Position numbers and translations under genes: made by a program
Part shown: piece after piece, positions 34,265-37,910 of the stretch
Numbering within the stretch: position 1 is the first letter of the stretch
Layout of the letters: every line of letters begins with the position of its first letter
IMG/VR virus record: IMGVR_UViG_3300017650_000008
Coordinates: 1-37,910 of that record
Origin: a virus
Lineage: Duplodnaviria; Caudoviricetes
Strand: one strand, 5' to 3'
Length of the DNA stretch: 37,910 nucleotides
The notes under the pieces: generated by a model
Seen by the model: only the letters and a program-made list of their open reading frames with translations
Databases searched by the model: none
What the model was told of the DNA's origin: nothing

Positions 34265-34686
34265 GCCACGCCTCCCGCCGGCTGGTCGCGCCAATCCGCG
34301 TCGCGGAGATGTGCGCCTGTCGGGCCGCGCTCGAGCACGACGCCCTGCTTGTGATGATCGCGGACCGTGGCATGGGCAGCGTTGTGAATGGCGTCGACAG
34401 TGCTGCAGATAATTTCGTCGACTGGAAACTTGCCGTCCGTCATGCCGCTCACGGCTTCGGCCGTCAGTGCGAACATGAAACCAATGGCTTCAACCCCGCC
34501 GTGAAGGATCTCGCCCGGGTTGATCCCTTCGACCATCATTTCCGTGAGAGCGCGACGAAAACTGGCGAGCGCCGCCAGCTTCAAGCGGGCCTCCACGCGG
34601 CAATGTTCCGGCGCCGTGCGGTCGGCCGCCAACGTTTCGAGCTCGCTGCGCTCGCGGGCCTCGGCCTTCTCTAATTCTGGTGTCAT
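34261..34686 (-). CDS. Hypothetical protein, 141 aa; first gene of the leftward early operon
   Basis: GGGGA RBS upstream of ATG 34686. Confidence 0.7.
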   Translation of the reverse strand: MTPELEKAEARERSELETLAADRTAPEHCRVEARLKLAALASFRRALTEMMVEGINPGEILHGGVEAIGFMFALTAEAVSGMTDGKFPVDEIICSTVDAIHNAAHATVRDHHKQGVVLERGPTGAHLRDADWRDQPAGGVA

Positions 34687-34729
34687 GTGTGCATCCCCGT
34701 GCACGTCGCAAATCAGCGACGCGGCCACG

Positions 34730-34768
34730 AGGTTATTGAAGCACTTTGAAATGTGCAAGTATGCACAT
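34730..34768 (-). promoter_or_regulatory. PL-like promoter TTGCAC-N17-TAACCT overlapped by the operator ATGTGCAAGTATGCACAT (34751-34768)
   Basis: The dyad TGTGC-N6-GCACA covers the -35 element and nearly matches the site at 35555. Confidence 0.65.
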
Positions 34769-34809
34769 CAAAATGTCGTCAGATGCCCGTTAACCCTGCG
34801 AAAAGTTGA

Positions 34810-35445
34810 CTACGCAACGCGCCTCGGGCGGACTAGGCCGACGACCACGCCCTTGATCGCGGCGGCGTCGTCCCGGTGCGGTTTTCGCAGTGCGGGATCG
34901 GCCGAAGCGGCGACCAAATAGGGCGGTTCATAGATGCGCCATATGGTGTCGGCGCGCATGCGCTGGATGTCGTAGATCTGGGCGCAGACCACGTCGCCAG
35001 CCTTTGCCTCGATGCCGAGATCGAGCACCACAATATCACCGGGCAGGTAGCCGGCGAGTTCAAGCGCGCGGGTGCGCAGCACCCAAGCGTCGGCGTTCTC
35101 CCGGCAACCGACCAAAGCGCGAATGGCTTCTTCCTCCTCGGCGCCACCCACCTGGTGCCGGAAAGGGTCGGCTTCTTCCTCGCGGAAGCCGCGGGCCGGA
35201 TCGGCCAATGGCGCGACCGGTGGCGGAAAGCCTGTTTCGGCGACGATGCGATTGATCGTTTCGCTGGACAGGAGCCGGTTGCGCTTGCCGGCGATGAAGC
35301 CGGTCAGCGTGGTGTGCACGAGCTCGCTTTTCCGGGCCAGCTCGGTCGGCGTGATGCCGAGCGAGCTAAGGATGCGGTCAAGCCATTCGAGCTGGGCGGC
35401 GCGGAGCTGCTCCTGCGCCTCTGTTCGTGATGATGTTCGCGGCAT
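34810..35445 (-). CDS. cI: CI-like repressor: XRE HTH plus degenerate S24 (LexA-like) C-terminal domain
   Basis: ITPTELARKSELVHTTLT HTH; GYLPGDIVVLD...GDVVCA...IKGVVV S24 fold motifs; divergent from cro. Confidence 0.85.
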   Translation of the reverse strand: MPRTSSRTEAQEQLRAAQLEWLDRILSSLGITPTELARKSELVHTTLTGFIAGKRNRLLSSETINRIVAETGFPPPVAPLADPARGFREEEADPFRHQVGGAEEEEAIRALVGCRENADAWVLRTRALELAGYLPGDIVVLDLGIEAKAGDVVCAQIYDIQRMRADTIWRIYEPPYLVAASADPALRKPHRDDAAAIKGVVVGLVRPRRVA

Positions 35446-35552
35446 GTGATGCCCACTCCAACGAACCTTCCGGTTCGTCAAATTGTGCGCTCGCGAAATA
35501 TCCACTGCGACGTTAAACATAGCTCTTGACGATGGGCCGCAAATCAGGTCGG

Positions 35553-35572
35553 CGTGTGCAAGAAAGCACACG
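35553..35572. promoter_or_regulatory. Operator CGTGTGCAAGAAAGCACACG upstream of cro
   Basis: Inverted repeat; its 16-bp core differs at 2 positions from the core at 34752-34767. Confidence 0.65.
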
Positions 35573-35601
35573 TAACGGGACATCCTGTACCGGAGATCAT
35601 G

Positions 35602-35841
35602 ATGAACGGCAAGGAATTGCTGCAGCGGCGGCGGCGGATCGGCTTGCCTGTCAAGGCCTTGGCGGCTTTGGCGGGCGTCGACCAGCACGTCGTTACCCGT
35701 CTGCAGCGCGGCACATCCGATCCACGACGCTCCACTGTCGAGCGCGTTACGCAGGCACTTGAGCAGCACGAGCGCCAGGTGTTGCGCGAGCTGATCGTGC
35801 TGCATCCGGATCTGGTCGAGCAGCGGCGGGCGGCCGAATGA
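35602..35841 (+). CDS. cro: Cro-like XRE HTH protein
   Basis: RRRIGLPVKALAALAGVDQHVVTRLQRGTSDPRRST; GGAG RBS; divergent from cI. Confidence 0.85.
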   Translation: MNGKELLQRRRRIGLPVKALAALAGVDQHVVTRLQRGTSDPRRSTVERVTQALEQHERQVLRELIVLHPDLVEQRRAAE

Positions 35842-36155
35842 GCGAGCAAAGCTGGACGGTGCTGGCGTCGTCGCCGGTGGAGGCGGGCAAGCCGCAGCGG
35901 CATATCGCCATGCGCGTCGTCGAGGATCGGCGGCGGCCGGTCTATGCCGTGCTCGAGCAAAGCGGGGATGACGTCATCCTGGCCGGCCCGGTGCTGGATT
36001 GGGCCGCCGGCGTGAAAATGGCGCGGATGGTGGTCGAGGGCAATCCGCGCGCGGTGGGCCACCCGCAGGCGCTGCTCGCGCTCGCCAGCGTCATTCTGGG
36101 CTTTCAGGCCGAGGTCGAGGGCGCGGCGCAGGCGCCGGAAGGCGACCCGGTATGA
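35838..36155 (+). CDS. Hypothetical protein, 105 aa
   Basis: ATGA coupling on both sides. Confidence 0.65.
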   Translation: MSEQSWTVLASSPVEAGKPQRHIAMRVVEDRRRPVYAVLEQSGDDVILAGPVLDWAAGVKMARMVVEGNPRAVGHPQALLALASVILGFQAEVEGAAQAPEGDPV

Positions 36156-36733
36156 CGCATGCGCTCGCCTTCACCCGTGATGACGCGTTGGCGGCGACTG
36201 CGATCGCGGCTGCGATGGCCCGCCTGGACGCCGTCGAAACCCGCCGGAAAGCCATCAAGCTTTCGCAATCAGATCTTTGTGCGCGCGCATTCGTCAACTG
36301 TTCGACGTACCGTCGCGCGCTAGGCGGCCAAATTCTTTCGGCCCCTGCGACCCTGCAAAAACTTGAGCGGGCGATCGCGGAGGCGGAGCGGTCCGCCCAG
36401 GTCGCGGCGCGCACGCCGCTTTCGGCGCTGTTCCGGTCGGTGCTCGCCACCGTGTGCCTGGCCGCCGGCGCGGAGCTCGACGCCGTGATGGCGGCCGACC
36501 CGCACGACAACCGGCCGCGCAACCCGCAATGGCTGGCGGCGATGCGCCTGCGGGCGGCGGCGCTGCACTTCCTCGTCACGGAATATGACGTGGCGATCGC
36601 CGCGGCCGCGCGCGCCGCCGGCGTCTCCAAGCAGGCGGCCTCGAAGGCGCTGCGCCAGGTCGAGGACCGGCGCGACGACCCGGCCTTCGACGCGCTGATG
36701 TCCAAACTCTCCAACGCGATGGTGCGGCGATGA
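36152..36733 (+). CDS. Two-domain regulator: XRE HTH plus DnaA-C-terminal-like HTH
   Basis: RRKAIKLSQSDLCARAFV, and RAAALHFL...GVSKQAASKALRQVEDRRDDPAFDAL. Confidence 0.7.
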   Translation: MTHALAFTRDDALAATAIAAAMARLDAVETRRKAIKLSQSDLCARAFVNCSTYRRALGGQILSAPATLQKLERAIAEAERSAQVAARTPLSALFRSVLATVCLAAGAELDAVMAADPHDNRPRNPQWLAAMRLRAAALHFLVTEYDVAIAAAARAAGVSKQAASKALRQVEDRRDDPAFDALMSKLSNAMVRR

Positions 36734-37074
36734 CAGTAAAGGCGATGGTAGAGCGCGATTTCTATTCCGAGGATTTCCGGCTCTACATCAAGATCGACCG
36801 TTTGGACGGATCATCATTCGTCGTCACGGCGTTGCAAGTCAGCGAATACACGCGCTATGCGCCGACGCCTCCGTTTCAGGTGCCGGACGGCGCAGGCTGG
36901 TCGACGCGGGATCTGCTGCAGGCCGTGCTCGATGCCGCCTGGGACGTGGGGCTGCGGCCAATGGCAAGCGCCAGCCAAACAGACACACTTGAGGCGACGC
37001 GGCTTCATCTCGCCGACATGCGGGCGATGGCGTTCGCCCATGCCGACGTCAAGCCGCCGGAGGCGCCGCGATGA
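36730..37074 (+). CDS. Hypothetical protein, 114 aa
   Basis: ATGA coupling on both sides. Confidence 0.7.
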   Translation: MTVKAMVERDFYSEDFRLYIKIDRLDGSSFVVTALQVSEYTRYAPTPPFQVPDGAGWSTRDLLQAVLDAAWDVGLRPMASASQTDTLEATRLHLADMRAMAFAHADVKPPEAPR

Positions 37075-37337
37075 CAGGGCGCGAAATCAGCGAAAACTCC
37101 GAACGCATGTTTGATGCGATGGCGGCCATGTTCGATGGCGTCGACTGCGACGAGGTGATCGACGCGGTGATGAACATGTTCGCGCGTGTGCTCATGCAGA
37201 TGAGCGCCGAAAAGGATGAAGCGATCCGCCGGGCCGAGGGAAATCATGCCGTCGTCCTCGAAATTATCGAGGACAATTTTGACGTTCTGCTGCGCGAGCG
37301 CGCGGTGCGCGCCGAGGCGGAGCGGCGGCTGCGATGA
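37071..37337 (+). CDS. Hypothetical protein, 88 aa
   Basis: GGAGG RBS; ATGA coupling. Confidence 0.7.
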   Translation: MTGREISENSERMFDAMAAMFDGVDCDEVIDAVMNMFARVLMQMSAEKDEAIRRAEGNHAVVLEIIEDNFDVLLRERAVRAEAERRLR

Positions 37338-37910
37338 GCCGGATCGCGACCGCCAAGCTGAAACTGCTCGATGACCTGCCGAACCTGGTCGCGGAGCTGG
37401 TGCCCGGCGGCAAGCGGACCGGCAATGTCTACTCCGCCAAAAATCCGACCCGGACCGACCGCCATGCCGGCTCGTTCGTGGTGTGGCTGGCCGGCCCGGC
37501 GATGGGCGGGTGGAAGGATTATGCCAGCGACGAGAAGGGCGACGTGCTCGACCTGGTCGCGCTGGTGATGACGGGCGGCGACCGCGCCGGCGCGCTGCGC
37601 TGGGCCGAGGACCGCTTCGGGCTGCGCTCGATCGAGCAGGCCGAGCGCGACCGGCTGGCGGCCCAGGCGGTGGCGCGCAAGCGCGAGAACGAAGCGCGGC
37701 AAAACCTGATCCTGGCCGACAAGCGGGCGCGTGCCTTCAAGCTGTTTCTCGAGGCCTCGCCCGCGATCGCGGGCACGCCGGTGGAAACCTATCTGGCGGG
37801 CCGCGGCATTCCGATCGGCGACGTGAAAACGCTCGATCCGGCCACGTTCCGGGTCCATCCGCGCATGGAATACTGGCTCGGCGCCGATCGCGGCAACGGC
37901 CGCAAGCTGC
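37334..37910 (+). CDS. DNA primase, N-terminal part (P4-alpha-like Zn-ribbon-type domain); continues through 1-626
   Basis: Read manually: MSRIATAKLKLL...NPTRTDRHAGSF...GGWKDYASDEKGDVLDL...GTPVETYLAGRGI. Open to the contig end. Confidence 0.85.
   Translation, partial: MSRIATAKLKLLDDLPNLVAELVPGGKRTGNVYSAKNPTRTDRHAGSFVVWLAGPAMGGWKDYASDEKGDVLDLVALVMTGGDRAGALRWAEDRFGLRSIEQAERDRLAAQAVARKRENEARQNLILADKRARAFKLFLEASPAIAGTPVETYLAGRGIPIGDVKTLDPATFRVHPRMEYWLGADRGNGRKL
37788..37910 (+). repeat. Terminal direct repeat, identical to 1-123
   Basis: Direct sequence identity. Confidence 0.97.

Noticed and set aside
35423-35438. LexA box inside the 5' end of cI (GTTC-GTGATGAT-GTTC)
   Set aside because: The spacer is 8 nt, not 7, and the site lies in coding sequence.

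Overview
The window is a complete temperate phage genome of 37,787 unique bp. Bases 37788-37910 repeat 1-123, so the contig is circular. The intact attP (3' half of tRNA-Lys(CTT)) shows it is the excised, non-integrated form. The host is probably an alphaproteobacterium, judging by high GC, a GapR homologue and GTTC-N7-GTTC LexA boxes. Gene order: Zn-ribbon/TOPRIM primase (split across the contig ends), GapR, a Tad2/DUF2829 anti-defence protein, a P-loop helicase, a ~225-bp nested palindrome (candidate ori) and terminase. Then a podovirus (BPP-1/T7-like) virion module: portal, scaffold, capsid, adaptor, nozzle, three ejection proteins and a tailspike. Then a lysis cassette, a GH5-like glycosidase module, attP, tyrosine integrase, a leftward early operon and a cI/cro switch. 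The most interesting hidden features are four. (1) A promoter-driven, three-way-junction antisense RNA sits inside the largest ejection-protein gene, right after a PBECR-type RNase domain. (2) The CI repressor appears to have lost its Ser/Lys autocleavage dyad, and a lone antisense orphan gene carries a LexA box (candidate new antirepressor). (3) LexA boxes directly bracket the integrase arm-type repeats at attP. (4) Four copies of a promoter-like motif, ACRGTTGAC(S)-N15-YAYNNT, precede the late modules. All family assignments come from motif recognition by eye; no database search was run.
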